Positions 1 through 9,131 of a DNA stretch of 64,000 nt are shown here, piece by piece. The notes beneath the pieces were generated by a model. The model was not told where the DNA came from, made no database searches, and worked only from the letters and a program-made list of their open reading frames with translations. A program made the position numbers and the translations under genes. The stretch comes from a virus (taxonomy: Duplodnaviria > Caudoviricetes): IMG/VR virus record IMGVR_UViG_2687453145_000002, positions 32,001 through 96,000 of that record; one strand, written 5' to 3'. Numbering within the stretch: the first letter of the stretch is position 1; every line of letters begins with the position of its first letter.

Positions 1-1
1 T

Positions 2-406
2 GACGAGGCCGCCCGCCTCGCTACTGCCAGGACCAAGGCCGAACAGGAAGCGCGCGAGGAAGAGCAGCGCCGGCAGGCTGAAATCGATGAGGTGAGAGAC
101 CATGCACAAGAACAGATCGCCCAAGCACAAGCTGATGCCGCTGCTGCTGGCGTTGAGTCTGGCCGGCTGCGCGAGCAAGCCCGCCGCCTGGCAGCCCGAG
201 CAAGTCAGTGCGCCAGCCATTCCAGCACTCCCCAAGGAAGCCCGGCAGCCGAACAGCCTGCCGTGGTGCTCGCCGACCTGCTCAGCCGGGCTGACGAAAG
301 AGCGGGTGAGCTGGCAGCAGCATATGACCGAGCTCGAGTATCAGGACTAGCTTGCGAGCTGGCCTATGACTCCCTGCGTACCGCAACCATGACACCCCGC
401 CCATAA
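2..406 (+). CDS. Rz-like i-spanin (DUF2514-like), 5' truncated by window edge
   Basis: Ala/Glu/Arg helical ORF open from base 2, C-terminal GLACE motif, lipoprotein ORF embedded in it. Confidence 0.7.
   Translation, partial: DEAARLATARTKAEQEAREEEQRRQAEIDEVRDHAQEQIAQAQADAAAAGVESGRLREQARRLAARASQCASHSSTPQGSPAAEQPAVVLADLLSRADERAGELAAAYDRARVSGLACELAYDSLRTATMTPRP
135..350 (+). CDS. Rz1-like o-spanin lipoprotein embedded in Rz
   Basis: MPLLLALSLAGC lipobox, Pro-rich mature part, +1 frame within Rz. Confidence 0.7.
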   Translation: MPLLLALSLAGCASKPAAWQPEQVSAPAIPALPKEARQPNSLPWCSPTCSAGLTKERVSWQQHMTELEYQD

Positions 407-424
407 CGGCGGGGTTTGTTTTTC
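395..424 (+). terminator. Intrinsic terminator-like hairpin after Rz
   Basis: CCCCGCC...GGCGGGG followed by TTTGTTTTT; equivalent hairpin at ~59676-59704. Confidence 0.6.
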
Positions 425-440
425 TGGGGAAGGGGAGGAG

Positions 441-629
441 GTGATGCAGATGAATTGGAACAGTGAAGTGGTAAGCGGTATCGATGTGACTGGGGTTATC
501 ACCCGTGTGGAGCACTACGATGGAGCCGAGGCAGTGGTTGTCCTTTCCTCTGGAGTATCTGTGGTGGTAGCTGCAGCCCACAAGCCGGTACCCGGCGATA
601 TCATCGTTGAAGGTGAGCTATCTATCTAA
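441..629 (+). CDS. Small beta-rich hypothetical protein upstream of terS
   Basis: GGAGG RBS; clear homologue at 59740..59919. Confidence 0.7.
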   Translation: MMQMNWNSEVVSGIDVTGVITRVEHYDGAEAVVVLSSGVSVVVAAAHKPVPGDIIVEGELSI

Positions 630-1505
630 ATGGCAAAGACCGACTGGGCACAGCTCAATGCAGAGTTCCTGCAGGAGCATGAAGCGACAGGCATCAGTGC
701 GAAAGACTGGTGCGACAGCCGCGGCCTGAACTACAACTCGGCGCGTCGCTATTTGAAATCTCGGGGGCAATCCGCTGCGCAACCTGACAAATCTCGCGTA
801 GCTGCGCAATCTGCGCATTCCGAAGTGCGCAAAACTGCGCAGTCTGCGCAAAGTGCGCAAGCCAAAGGGAATGAGGGCAAGGCCAAAGGGGGAGAGGGAA
901 GAGGTGGAAGGTCCTCCGCATCCCCACACACCTCGGCAGACTCAGCCCAGAACCCGAAAACAAACGGCCGGGACAGCAGCGGGCGTTTCACCGAGGGCAA
1001 CCCTGGCAACCCCAACCCGGTCACGAAGTGGAAGCCAGGCGACCGGCCGGCACTGACCCACGGTGGTTACGCCAAGTTCCTCGATGCGGAGGAGCTGTTC
1101 GACCAGGCCCGCGAGCTGCAGCTGCGTGATGAGCTGGAGTTCACTCGGGCGCGCGTTATCTCCGTCACCCAATTGCTCAAGGGGCTGCAGCAGGACCTAG
1201 TCACGGCCACCGAGATGACCGACCGGATAGCGCTCTACGACAAGATCCTGAAAGCCGAACAGGCCCTCGACCGCAACATCCAGCGGATCGAGTCTATCGA
1301 GCGCACCCTGAGCGCCCTGATGGTTGATGCCGTTAACGTTCCCAAGATAGAGGAGGACACCCGCCGCATCCGGGCGGCAACTCGCAAGCTGACTGCTGAG
1401 GCCGACCGACTCGAGAAAGATGGCGGCAGCGAGGCTACGCCGGTGAGCGAGATGGTTTCCGAGCTCCACGACATGGGTACAGGGGGACTGATGAGTGGCA
1501 GCTGA
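630..1505 (+). CDS. terS: Terminase small subunit (copy A)
   Basis: N-terminal HTH-like segment, THGGYA motif, coiled C-terminus, position before terL. Confidence 0.85.
   Translation: MAKTDWAQLNAEFLQEHEATGISAKDWCDSRGLNYNSARRYLKSRGQSAAQPDKSRVAAQSAHSEVRKTAQSAQSAQAKGNEGKAKGGEGRGGRSSASPHTSADSAQNPKTNGRDSSGRFTEGNPGNPNPVTKWKPGDRPALTHGGYAKFLDAEELFDQARELQLRDELEFTRARVISVTQLLKGLQQDLVTATEMTDRIALYDKILKAEQALDRNIQRIESIERTLSALMVDAVNVPKIEEDTRRIRAATRKLTAEADRLEKDGGSEATPVSEMVSELHDMGTGGLMSGS
776..859. repeat. Seven TGCGCA palindromic hexamers inside terS
   Basis: Copies at 776, 803, 812, 826, 836, 845, 854; retained at 60066-60149. Confidence 0.85.
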
Positions 1506-1544
1506 ATCTGGTAGCATGATGAATCCAATGCTTGGGAGCATCTT

Positions 1545-2210
1545 ATGGAAGCGGATAAAGATTTAGAGCAGCAATATCGAAAGAATCTGATGATTGTAGC
1601 TAGTGTGGTTTTTGTTTATTCCATAGCTGGCGGACAGATGGGAAATGAACTAAGTCTATTAAGCGCAAAACTTACCTTCAGTCACCCAGTATTGCTTGAA
1701 TATGCAATGGTGATAATAATGTGCTTTTTCTGGTGGCGCCATAGACAAGTTTCATACAATATTAGGCGTGATTTTGTAAAGAAAGTATATGGCAATCTTA
1801 TTATACCTAAATGGGTTTACAGGAGATTGATGCGTGAAGGGACTAAGCATATCGAACCTATATATTACGAAGGCCCTGATAGGGTGGAGATACATGCGCC
1901 TTTAAGGCCATTTTGGGATGTTCCTGAGGAGGTGGGTATCTTGTGGTTGTCAGGAGGGGTGCGTTCTGCTGATATTATTGCATATTCTTTGTATGAAAAT
2001 GAATCGACAGACAACCTGCTTAGTGATATAAAAATTAAGATGTCTTGGTTGATGAGATTCTGCTTATGTATGGCATATACACGCTCATTTATCATGATTA
2101 GTTATAAAAAGACTGAGTTTGGCGATGGCGTATTACCTACGATATTTTTTGCTATTGCCTTGGGTGGCTGGGTTATAAATCATTTTCAGCTTATTCATAT
2201 AGCTATGTAG
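1545..2210 (+). CDS. AT-rich moron membrane protein, unknown function
   Basis: Low GC, hydrophobic segments at both ends, TGnTAGCAT upstream, terminator downstream, absent from copy B. Confidence 0.8.
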   Translation: MEADKDLEQQYRKNLMIVASVVFVYSIAGGQMGNELSLLSAKLTFSHPVLLEYAMVIIMCFFWWRHRQVSYNIRRDFVKKVYGNLIIPKWVYRRLMREGTKHIEPIYYEGPDRVEIHAPLRPFWDVPEEVGILWLSGGVRSADIIAYSLYENESTDNLLSDIKIKMSWLMRFCLCMAYTRSFIMISYKKTEFGDGVLPTIFFAIALGGWVINHFQLIHIAM

Positions 2211-2231
2211 CTTGGCCATATTCATATAACT

Positions 2232-2256
2232 AACCCGCTTCGGCGGGTTTTTTATT
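2232..2256 (+). terminator. Moron terminator
   Basis: AACCCGC-TTCG-GCGGGTT plus T tract. Confidence 0.8.
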
Positions 2257-2270
2257 GCCTAAGATCCCCC

Positions 2271-3968
2271 ATGACCGAATTCGACATCTCCGCAATGACT
2301 GAGCAGGAGCAGATGGCTTACATCCGCTCGAAGCTCAGCGATAAGTGGTGGCGGATGAACAACCTCTACATGATCGAGAACGAACAGGGCCAGCTGGTGC
2401 GCTTTCGGTTGCGCCCGGCGCAGGATCTGCTGTTCAAGACCATGTGGTGGCTGAACATCATCCTCAAGGCACGACAGCTTGGGTTCTCCACCGCCATCGA
2501 CATCTATCTGCTGGACGAGGCGCTGTTCAACAAGAACATCAAGTGCGGGATCATCGCCCAGGACCTGACGGCTGCCGGCGAGATCTACCGCACCAAGATT
2601 GAAGTCCCGTTCGATAACCTGCCGGGCTGGCTCAAGGCCCAGTTCAAGGTGGTGACCCGGCGGGGCGGGGCGAATGGCGGACACATCCTGTTCCGGCATG
2701 GCTCCAGCATCCAGGTGGCTACCTCGTTCCGGTCCGGTACCGTCCAGCGCCTGCATGTCTCCGAGCACGGGAAGATCTGCGCCAAGTATCCCGAGAAGGC
2801 CAAGGAGGTGCGTACCGGTACCCTGCAGGCAATCCACCCGGGCGCCGTGGCCTTCATCGAATCAACAGCGGAAGGCGTGGGCGGCGACTTCCATGCCATG
2901 AGCATGAAGTCCCTCGAGCTGGCCCGGGCCTCCGGTGAGCTCAGCCAGCTCGACTGGAAGTTCCACTTCTTCGCCTGGTGGCAGGACCCCAAGTATCGTG
3001 CCGACGTGCCGGCATCCGGCGTGGTGATGAGCAAGACCCAGGCGGAGTATTTCGCCGCGGTCGAGAAGGCGATGGGTTGCACCATTACCGACGAGCAGCG
3101 GCAGTGGTACGTGCTGAAAGAGTCCACTCTGGGCGCCGAGATGAAGCAAGAGTTCCCCAGCACGCCGCTGGAGGCCTTCCTGACCTCTGGGCGCCGGGTG
3201 TTCGACCCCATCCATACCATGGATGCAGAGGGCGATTGCATGGCCCCGCTCATCGTCTACGACATCGACCCGGTCACTGGCAGGCGTGAGAAGGCCCGCA
3301 AGCCAGAGAAGCTGGACGAGCGTGGCCAGCGCTCCCTCGAGAACATGTTGCTGGTCTGGGAGTTGCCAGACCCCGACGAGGATTACGCCATCGGCGCCGA
3401 CGTGGCGGAAGGGCTGGAGCACGGTGACCGTTCAAGCCTCGATGTGACTGCCAAGAGCGACGGACGGCAGGTGGCCCACTGGTTCGGGCACCTCGATCCC
3501 GGGTTGTTTGCCCAGCTGCTGGCCCACGTCGGCCGCTTCTATGGTACTGCAGAGCATGGCCCGGCCTACATCGGCCCGGAGCGCAACAACCACGGTCACG
3601 CCGTGCTGCTCAAGCTCCGTGAAATCTACCCGACCCGGCGGATCTACACCCAGGAGCACCTCGACCGGGACCGCGACGACGAGACGCCACGCCTCGGCTG
3701 GCTCACCACCCGGCAGTCCAAGCCGATCTTGGTTGATGGCCTCAAGGCCCTGCTGCGTGCTGGGCAGTCCGGGATCCGCTGGATAGGCACCATTCACGAG
3801 GCAACCACCTACGTCTACGACAAGAGCGGCAGCATGAACGCCCAGGACGGCTGCTACGACGACCAGCTGATGAGCTACATGATTGCCCAAGAGATGCGCG
3901 CCCGGATGCCGGCCCGCATCGTCAAATCCGAAACCTCCCGCAAACCCAAGCACTGGATGGCCAACTGA
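2271..3968 (+). CDS. terL: Terminase large subunit (copy A)
   Basis: Walker A ILKARQLGFST, Walker B LHVSE, IESTAEG coupling motif, nuclease IGADVAEG...YDD. Confidence 0.95.
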   Translation: MTEFDISAMTEQEQMAYIRSKLSDKWWRMNNLYMIENEQGQLVRFRLRPAQDLLFKTMWWLNIILKARQLGFSTAIDIYLLDEALFNKNIKCGIIAQDLTAAGEIYRTKIEVPFDNLPGWLKAQFKVVTRRGGANGGHILFRHGSSIQVATSFRSGTVQRLHVSEHGKICAKYPEKAKEVRTGTLQAIHPGAVAFIESTAEGVGGDFHAMSMKSLELARASGELSQLDWKFHFFAWWQDPKYRADVPASGVVMSKTQAEYFAAVEKAMGCTITDEQRQWYVLKESTLGAEMKQEFPSTPLEAFLTSGRRVFDPIHTMDAEGDCMAPLIVYDIDPVTGRREKARKPEKLDERGQRSLENMLLVWELPDPDEDYAIGADVAEGLEHGDRSSLDVTAKSDGRQVAHWFGHLDPGLFAQLLAHVGRFYGTAEHGPAYIGPERNNHGHAVLLKLREIYPTRRIYTQEHLDRDRDDETPRLGWLTTRQSKPILVDGLKALLRAGQSGIRWIGTIHEATTYVYDKSGSMNAQDGCYDDQLMSYMIAQEMRARMPARIVKSETSRKPKHWMAN

Positions 3969-5157
3969 TGATCAACGCCCAACCCAAGGCCCCTGAGAAA
4001 GGTGGCCTCGATACCCCGCGCCTGCTCAAACTGATGAGCGATATCAACGGCCAGCCTGACTGGCGCTCACTTGCCAATCGCGCCTGCGCCTACTACGACA
4101 ACGATCAACTGCCACCTGAGGTGGTCAAGGTGCTCAAGGAGCGGGGCCAACCCATCACTATCCACAACCTCATTGCCCCGACTATTGATGGCGTGCTGGG
4201 GATGGAGGCCAAGAGCCGCACCGATCTGATGGTGATCGCCGATGACCATGACGATGAGCTCGAGCAGCTGGCCGAGGCCGTCAATGCCGAATACGCCGAC
4301 ATGTGCCGCCTGGGCGGACTGGACCGCGCCCGGGGCGAGGCTTACGGCGGCCAGATCAAGACCGGTGTGGGCTGGGTGGAGGTGTGCCGGCGCGATGACC
4401 CGTTCGGCCCGCGCTACAAATTCAGCAACGTCCATCGTGATGAGGTCTATTGGGACTGGCACAGCCGAGAGCCGGACCTGAGCGACTGCCGCTGGCTGAT
4501 GCGTCGCCGCTGGGTCGATCTGGATGAGGCCAAGACCATGTTCCCGAGCAAGGCTCAAGCGTTGGAGTGGGGCGTGAATGACTGGGCGGGGGTTGTCAGC
4601 TTGAGCGCCGTAGAGGGGCTCGACCCCAACCTGGTCAGCGCTTACGACGAATGGAGCCAGTTCAGTGGTAAGGAGGTGGAGTGGTGCAGCCGTGAGCGGG
4701 ATCGGGTGTTGCTGCAGGTGGTCTACTACCGCACCTATACCATGCGGCAGGTGCTGATGCTCGATTCTGGCCGGGCGCTGGAGTACGACAAGACCAATCA
4801 GTTGCACCTGGCCGCGCTCGCCATGGGCCGGGCCAGGCTGGAACGCCGCCCGGTGGCCGTGATCCGGGAGTCCTGGTTTGTCGGCCCCCATCATCTGGTT
4901 GATCGCCCCTGTACAGCTCCTCACAACATGTATCCGCTGGTGCCGTTCTGGGGATACCGGAAAGACCGCACCGGTGAGCCATACGGGCTGATTGCTCGGG
5001 CCATGCCGGCGCAAGACGAGGTGAACCTGCGGCGAATCAAGCTGACGTTCCTGCTGCAGGCCAAGCGCGTCATCATGGACAAGGACGCCACCAACATGAG
5101 CCGGGATCAGGTTCTTGAGCAGGTGGAGCGCCCGGATGGATATATCGAGCTCAACCC
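2664..5157 (+). repeat. ~2.5-kb apparently identical direct repeat, copy 1 (partner 61185..63678)
   Basis: Offset 58,521; ORF translations match in all frames; bounding mismatches at 2663/61184 and 5158/63679. Confidence 0.85.
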
Positions 5158-6094
5158 TGACCGCGCCAACAAGACCAGCGTGAGCGATGCCTTCAAGGTG
5201 GAGCAGGACTTCAACGTGGCGGCCCAGCAGTTCCAGGTGATGCAGGACTCGGTGAAGCTGATCCAGGACACCATGGGGGTTTATGCCGCCTTCCTGGGCC
5301 AGGGCTCCACCGGGCAGTCCGGCGTGGCTATCAGCAACCTGGTGGAGCAGGGGGCGACCACGCTTTCGGAGATCAACGACAACTACCGGATGGGCTGTCA
5401 GCAGGTGGGTCAGCTGGCGTTGGCCTACCTGCTGGAAGACATGGCCGGCAAGCGCAACTACAAGGTGACCGTGAACCGCGATGACCCCCGCCGCCGCAAG
5501 GCCGTGGTGATCAACGTGGAGCAGGAGGATGGCAAGCTGACCAATGATGTGACCCGGCTGCGGGCTCATATCGCCCTAGCGCCGATCCAGCAGACAGCCG
5601 CCTACAAACAGCAACTGGCCGAGCGGATGACCCAGGCCATGTCGCAACTTCCGCCAGAGGCGGCAGGTGCCTGCTTTGACCTGCTGGTCGAGCTGATGGA
5701 TGTACCGCGTAAGGCTGAGTTCGTGGAGCGGATCCGCAATGCCCTGAACATCCCGAAAGACCCGGACGAGATGAGCGACGAGGAACGCGCAGCCGCCGAG
5801 CAGCAAGCCCAGCAGGCCCAGATGCAGCAGGAGCTGGCCATGCGCGAGATGCAGGCCAAGCTGGCCGAGCTGGAGGGCAAAGCCGCCAAGTGGCAGGCAG
5901 AGGCTCAGCGCATCGCCAAGCTGACGGACTCCATCCGGTTCGAGGATGCCCTCAAGCAGGCCCAGACAGGCAAGACATTGCAGGAGATGGAGCAGTTGGC
6001 AGCCCAGCAGCAGGCGATGCAGACAGAGCAGGCAGCCCTGCAGGCGCAGCTGTTGGACACCATCCAGCAGCAGATCGACGCCATCGCGCTCTGA
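3968..6094 (+). CDS. Portal protein (P22/N4-like, with C-terminal barrel coil)
   Basis: 708 aa after terL; YYDNDQ and GVGWVEV motifs, SGVAI near C-terminus, Q-rich coiled coil. Confidence 0.9.
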   Translation: MINAQPKAPEKGGLDTPRLLKLMSDINGQPDWRSLANRACAYYDNDQLPPEVVKVLKERGQPITIHNLIAPTIDGVLGMEAKSRTDLMVIADDHDDELEQLAEAVNAEYADMCRLGGLDRARGEAYGGQIKTGVGWVEVCRRDDPFGPRYKFSNVHRDEVYWDWHSREPDLSDCRWLMRRRWVDLDEAKTMFPSKAQALEWGVNDWAGVVSLSAVEGLDPNLVSAYDEWSQFSGKEVEWCSRERDRVLLQVVYYRTYTMRQVLMLDSGRALEYDKTNQLHLAALAMGRARLERRPVAVIRESWFVGPHHLVDRPCTAPHNMYPLVPFWGYRKDRTGEPYGLIARAMPAQDEVNLRRIKLTFLLQAKRVIMDKDATNMSRDQVLEQVERPDGYIELNPDRANKTSVSDAFKVEQDFNVAAQQFQVMQDSVKLIQDTMGVYAAFLGQGSTGQSGVAISNLVEQGATTLSEINDNYRMGCQQVGQLALAYLLEDMAGKRNYKVTVNRDDPRRRKAVVINVEQEDGKLTNDVTRLRAHIALAPIQQTAAYKQQLAERMTQAMSQLPPEAAGACFDLLVELMDVPRKAEFVERIRNALNIPKDPDEMSDEERAAAEQQAQQAQMQQELAMREMQAKLAELEGKAAKWQAEAQRIAKLTDSIRFEDALKQAQTGKTLQEMEQLAAQQQAMQTEQAALQAQLLDTIQQQIDAIAL

Positions 6095-6097
6095 TAG

Positions 6098-6169
6098 TTG
6101 CTTTCCTGACCTGCCAGCGTTACGATTTCCCCAACATGGCCCAGTCTGTCGAGATTGGGCCTTTTCTTT
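6098..6169 (+). promoter_or_regulatory. Late promoter+terminator unit 1
   Basis: TTGCTT-17-TACGAT with AGCGT before -10, then GGCCC hairpin and T tract. Confidence 0.6.
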
Positions 6170-6394
6170 GGTTGAGTTGTCAATCAGTAGCGTAACTGAC
6201 TCCCTTTGAGTATGATTTGTGGTGAGTCTAATGACTCCCGAACTTGTTTTAAGCCCGCCCTCCCGCGGGCTTTTTTTATGGACCAGCCTCGAGCTGGTTT
6301 TTTTGTGCCCAGCTCCAGCCGGAGAGGGCTTTCACCGAGAGCCTTCCCCCGCTTGGGCAGCGATACCACCCACTGAAAACCCACGAGGACAACC

Positions 6395-7321
6395 ATGGAT
6401 AAGAACATCGACAACCTGAACGGCACTGAGAGCCTGGACGAACTGGAAGCCATGCTGGAAGCGATCGAGCGTGAGCCCGATAGCGAGCTGGATGATGGCA
6501 CTGGCACCGAGCAAACGGACGTACAACCCGCGCCGTCGGCGGGCGAGGTGGCAGCCGGTAACGAACAGGGCAGCACCGAGCAGGGCGGTGAAGGGGCCAC
6601 GGAACCTGAGAAGGTGATCCTGGCCAAGAGCGGTCAACACACCATCCCGTATGAAGTGCTGGAGCAGGCGCGCAATGAAGCCAAGCAACTGCGTGAGCAG
6701 CTGGCTCAGTCGCAGCAGGCCCAAGCCGAGCGGGACAAGCTGCAGGCGCTGATGGAGAAGCACGGGATCAACCCCGACGTGGACCCCGACGATATCAGCC
6801 AGGAGGAGCTCGAGCAGTTGGCGCAGGACTACCCGGATCTCGGCAAGTCCATCGCCGCCATTGCCCGCAAGCTCCAAAAGCTGGAGCCCCAGGTCGCCCC
6901 GCAGCAGGTTCAACCCACCCTCAACCCGGTACAGGCCGCACTGCAGGCGGTACCTGATCTGGTGAGCTGGCGGGAAAAGGACCAGGACCGTTTCGACTTC
7001 GCCATCATCGTCGATGAGAAGCTCCAGGCTGATCCCGCGTGGCAAGGCAAGTCGCTGGATGAGCGATTCGCAGAGGCGGCGCGCCGCACCAAGCTGGCCT
7101 TTGGTGATGAGGTCATCCCTCCCGCCAAGGTACCCGGCAAGGGTGCAGAAAAGCCCGCTGATTTCATCCCGTCCAGCCCTTCGGCACTCGGTCAGACCCA
7201 TCATGCCGCTCCCACTGGAGTGGAGCGCTTTGGCGCCATGTCTCAGACCGAGCTTATCGGCGAGATGGGCGCCATGACGGACGCCCAAATGGAGGCGCTG
7301 CTGGAGCAGGCCGGGTACTAA
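6395..7321 (+). CDS. Capsid scaffolding protein
   Basis: Acidic N-terminus, IPYEVL motif, coiled coil, between portal and capsid. Confidence 0.75.
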   Translation: MDKNIDNLNGTESLDELEAMLEAIEREPDSELDDGTGTEQTDVQPAPSAGEVAAGNEQGSTEQGGEGATEPEKVILAKSGQHTIPYEVLEQARNEAKQLREQLAQSQQAQAERDKLQALMEKHGINPDVDPDDISQEELEQLAQDYPDLGKSIAAIARKLQKLEPQVAPQQVQPTLNPVQAALQAVPDLVSWREKDQDRFDFAIIVDEKLQADPAWQGKSLDERFAEAARRTKLAFGDEVIPPAKVPGKGAEKPADFIPSSPSALGQTHHAAPTGVERFGAMSQTELIGEMGAMTDAQMEALLEQAGY

Positions 7322-7344
7322 CCCACCACCCATTTCAATAAGCC

Positions 7345-7376
7345 AACCCCGACCACTGTGTCGGGGTTTTTGTTTT
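7345..7376 (+). terminator. Terminator between scaffold and capsid
   Basis: AACCCCGAC-cactgt-GTCGGGGTT plus TTTGTTT. Confidence 0.7.
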
Positions 7377-7392
7377 CATGTAGGAGAGGACC

Positions 7393-8610
7393 ATGACCCA
7401 AGTCACCTCGGCGCAAGCCAACAAGATTTTGCAGGCCGCACTGTTTACGGCGGCCAACCGTTCTCACTCGCTGGTGAACATGCTGACCGAAGAGGCCCCC
7501 AAGGGTGCCAAGGTCAACGGCGGCAAACAGACCAGCGCCGGCGCCCCCGTGGTGCGCATCACCGACCTCGGTAAAGGCGCCGGGGATGAAGTGGACATGC
7601 AGCTGTTCCACCAACTGTCTGGCCGCCCGACCATGGGTGACAAGAAGCTGGCAGGGCGCCTCGAGAGCATGTCCTTCGCGGACTTCTCGCTGAAGATCAA
7701 CCAGACCCGCCATGGTGTGGACGCGGGCGGCAAGATGAGCCAGAAGCGCACCAAGCACGACCTGATCAAGACCGCACGTGTGCTGTTGGGTGATGGCTAC
7801 TACGGTCGCCTGGTTGACCAGCGTGGCTTCGTTCAGCTGGCCGGTGCTCGCGGGGATTACTCTGCCACCGATATCATCCTGCCGCTGGCGGATGATCCCG
7901 AGTTTGCCGACATCATGATCAACGAGCTGACCGCGCCGACCTACGAGCGCCACTTCTTCGGTGGTGATGCGACCAGCTTCGAAGCCCTCGATGCGGCGGA
8001 TCGCTTCAACCTCGGCTGTGTGGACAACATGGCGCTCTACCTGGCCGAGATGGCCAACCCCATCCAGCCGATCCGCATGGTGGCTGACCCGTCCGGTGGT
8101 GAGCCGCTCTACGTGCTCTACGTGACCCCGCGCCAGTGGCACGACTTCTACACCTCCAGCTCCGGCAAGGACTGGAACGCCATGCTGGCGGCGGTGGCGG
8201 AACGAGCCAAAGGCTGGAATCACCCCATCTTCCGCGGGGAAGGCGCCATGTGGCGCGGCATTCTGGTCAAGCCCTACAAGGGCATGCCGATCCGCTTCAA
8301 CCAGGGCAGCACCGTCAAGGTGTGTGCGGCCAACTCCGCGACCGGTGCGGAAGTGGACAAGGTTGCTGGCACTCTGATCGACCGCGCCGTGCTGCTGGGT
8401 GGCCAGGCGCTGGCCAATGCCTTTGGCTCTGGCGAGCAGGGGGGCTCCTTTGGCATGCACCAAGAGCCAACTGACCACGGCAACAGCACCGAGATCTCCA
8501 TCAGCTGGGTGTCCGGTCTGCAGAAGATCCGCTTCAAGCAGCGCAACGGCAACATTCAGGACCATGGCTGCATGGTGCTGGATACCGCGGTGAGCGCCAT
8601 CGCCCGCTAA
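7393..8610 (+). CDS. Major capsid protein (N4-gp56/DUF4043-like)
   Basis: RITDLGKGAGDEV, RAVLLGGQAL, DHG motifs; 405 aa after scaffold. Confidence 0.85.
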   Translation: MTQVTSAQANKILQAALFTAANRSHSLVNMLTEEAPKGAKVNGGKQTSAGAPVVRITDLGKGAGDEVDMQLFHQLSGRPTMGDKKLAGRLESMSFADFSLKINQTRHGVDAGGKMSQKRTKHDLIKTARVLLGDGYYGRLVDQRGFVQLAGARGDYSATDIILPLADDPEFADIMINELTAPTYERHFFGGDATSFEALDAADRFNLGCVDNMALYLAEMANPIQPIRMVADPSGGEPLYVLYVTPRQWHDFYTSSSGKDWNAMLAAVAERAKGWNHPIFRGEGAMWRGILVKPYKGMPIRFNQGSTVKVCAANSATGAEVDKVAGTLIDRAVLLGGQALANAFGSGEQGGSFGMHQEPTDHGNSTEISISWVSGLQKIRFKQRNGNIQDHGCMVLDTAVSAIAR

Positions 8611-8675
8611 GCCGCTGACCCATGGGGCTTCACGGCCCCATCACATCACTATCTGACCAGACAAGGAGCCATATC

Positions 8676-9065
8676 ATGGCCAAGACTACTCTACTCGCCC
8701 GAGCGTACCGCTGGTTTGTCGGCGCGTTCGGCAACCTCTCTATCTCCCCGACCCTGGTGGCCAAGCTGGCTGCCGTACCCGCTGGCGATGTTGTCGCATA
8801 CGGCGACAAGGTGGAGCCCAACCTGAAAGTGGTGGGTGTGACGATGTTCAGCACTGCGCTGGGCGCGAGTACCACCATCACCGCCAAGATCGGCACGACC
8901 ACCATCATCAACGCCGAGAGTACGGTGGGGGCGGTGGCAAAGTATTACCCGGTCGATGACTTGCTGACCGAGCCTGACCAGGAGCTCACCCTCACGGTTG
9001 GCGGCGGCGCTGCGACGGGCACGGTCAAGCTCAAACTGCATTACGAGGTAGTCGGCAACCTGTAA
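8676..9065 (+). CDS. Putative capsid decoration protein
   Basis: AAGGAG RBS; beta-rich 129 aa directly after capsid gene. Confidence 0.6.
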   Translation: MAKTTLLARAYRWFVGAFGNLSISPTLVAKLAAVPAGDVVAYGDKVEPNLKVVGVTMFSTALGASTTITAKIGTTTIINAESTVGAVAKYYPVDDLLTEPDQELTLTVGGGAATGTVKLKLHYEVVGNL

Positions 9066-9131
9066 GGCTGCCGATCACTGTCCGCCCGGCCCTGTGCCGG
9101 GCTTTTTCGTTTCTGAATAGGAGTCATCGCC

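Noticed and set aside
4067-5569. Long antisense ORFs (e.g. 500 aa here, 41005..42519, 7318..8565)
   Set aside because: Shadows of GC-rich sense genes; no motifs or RBS
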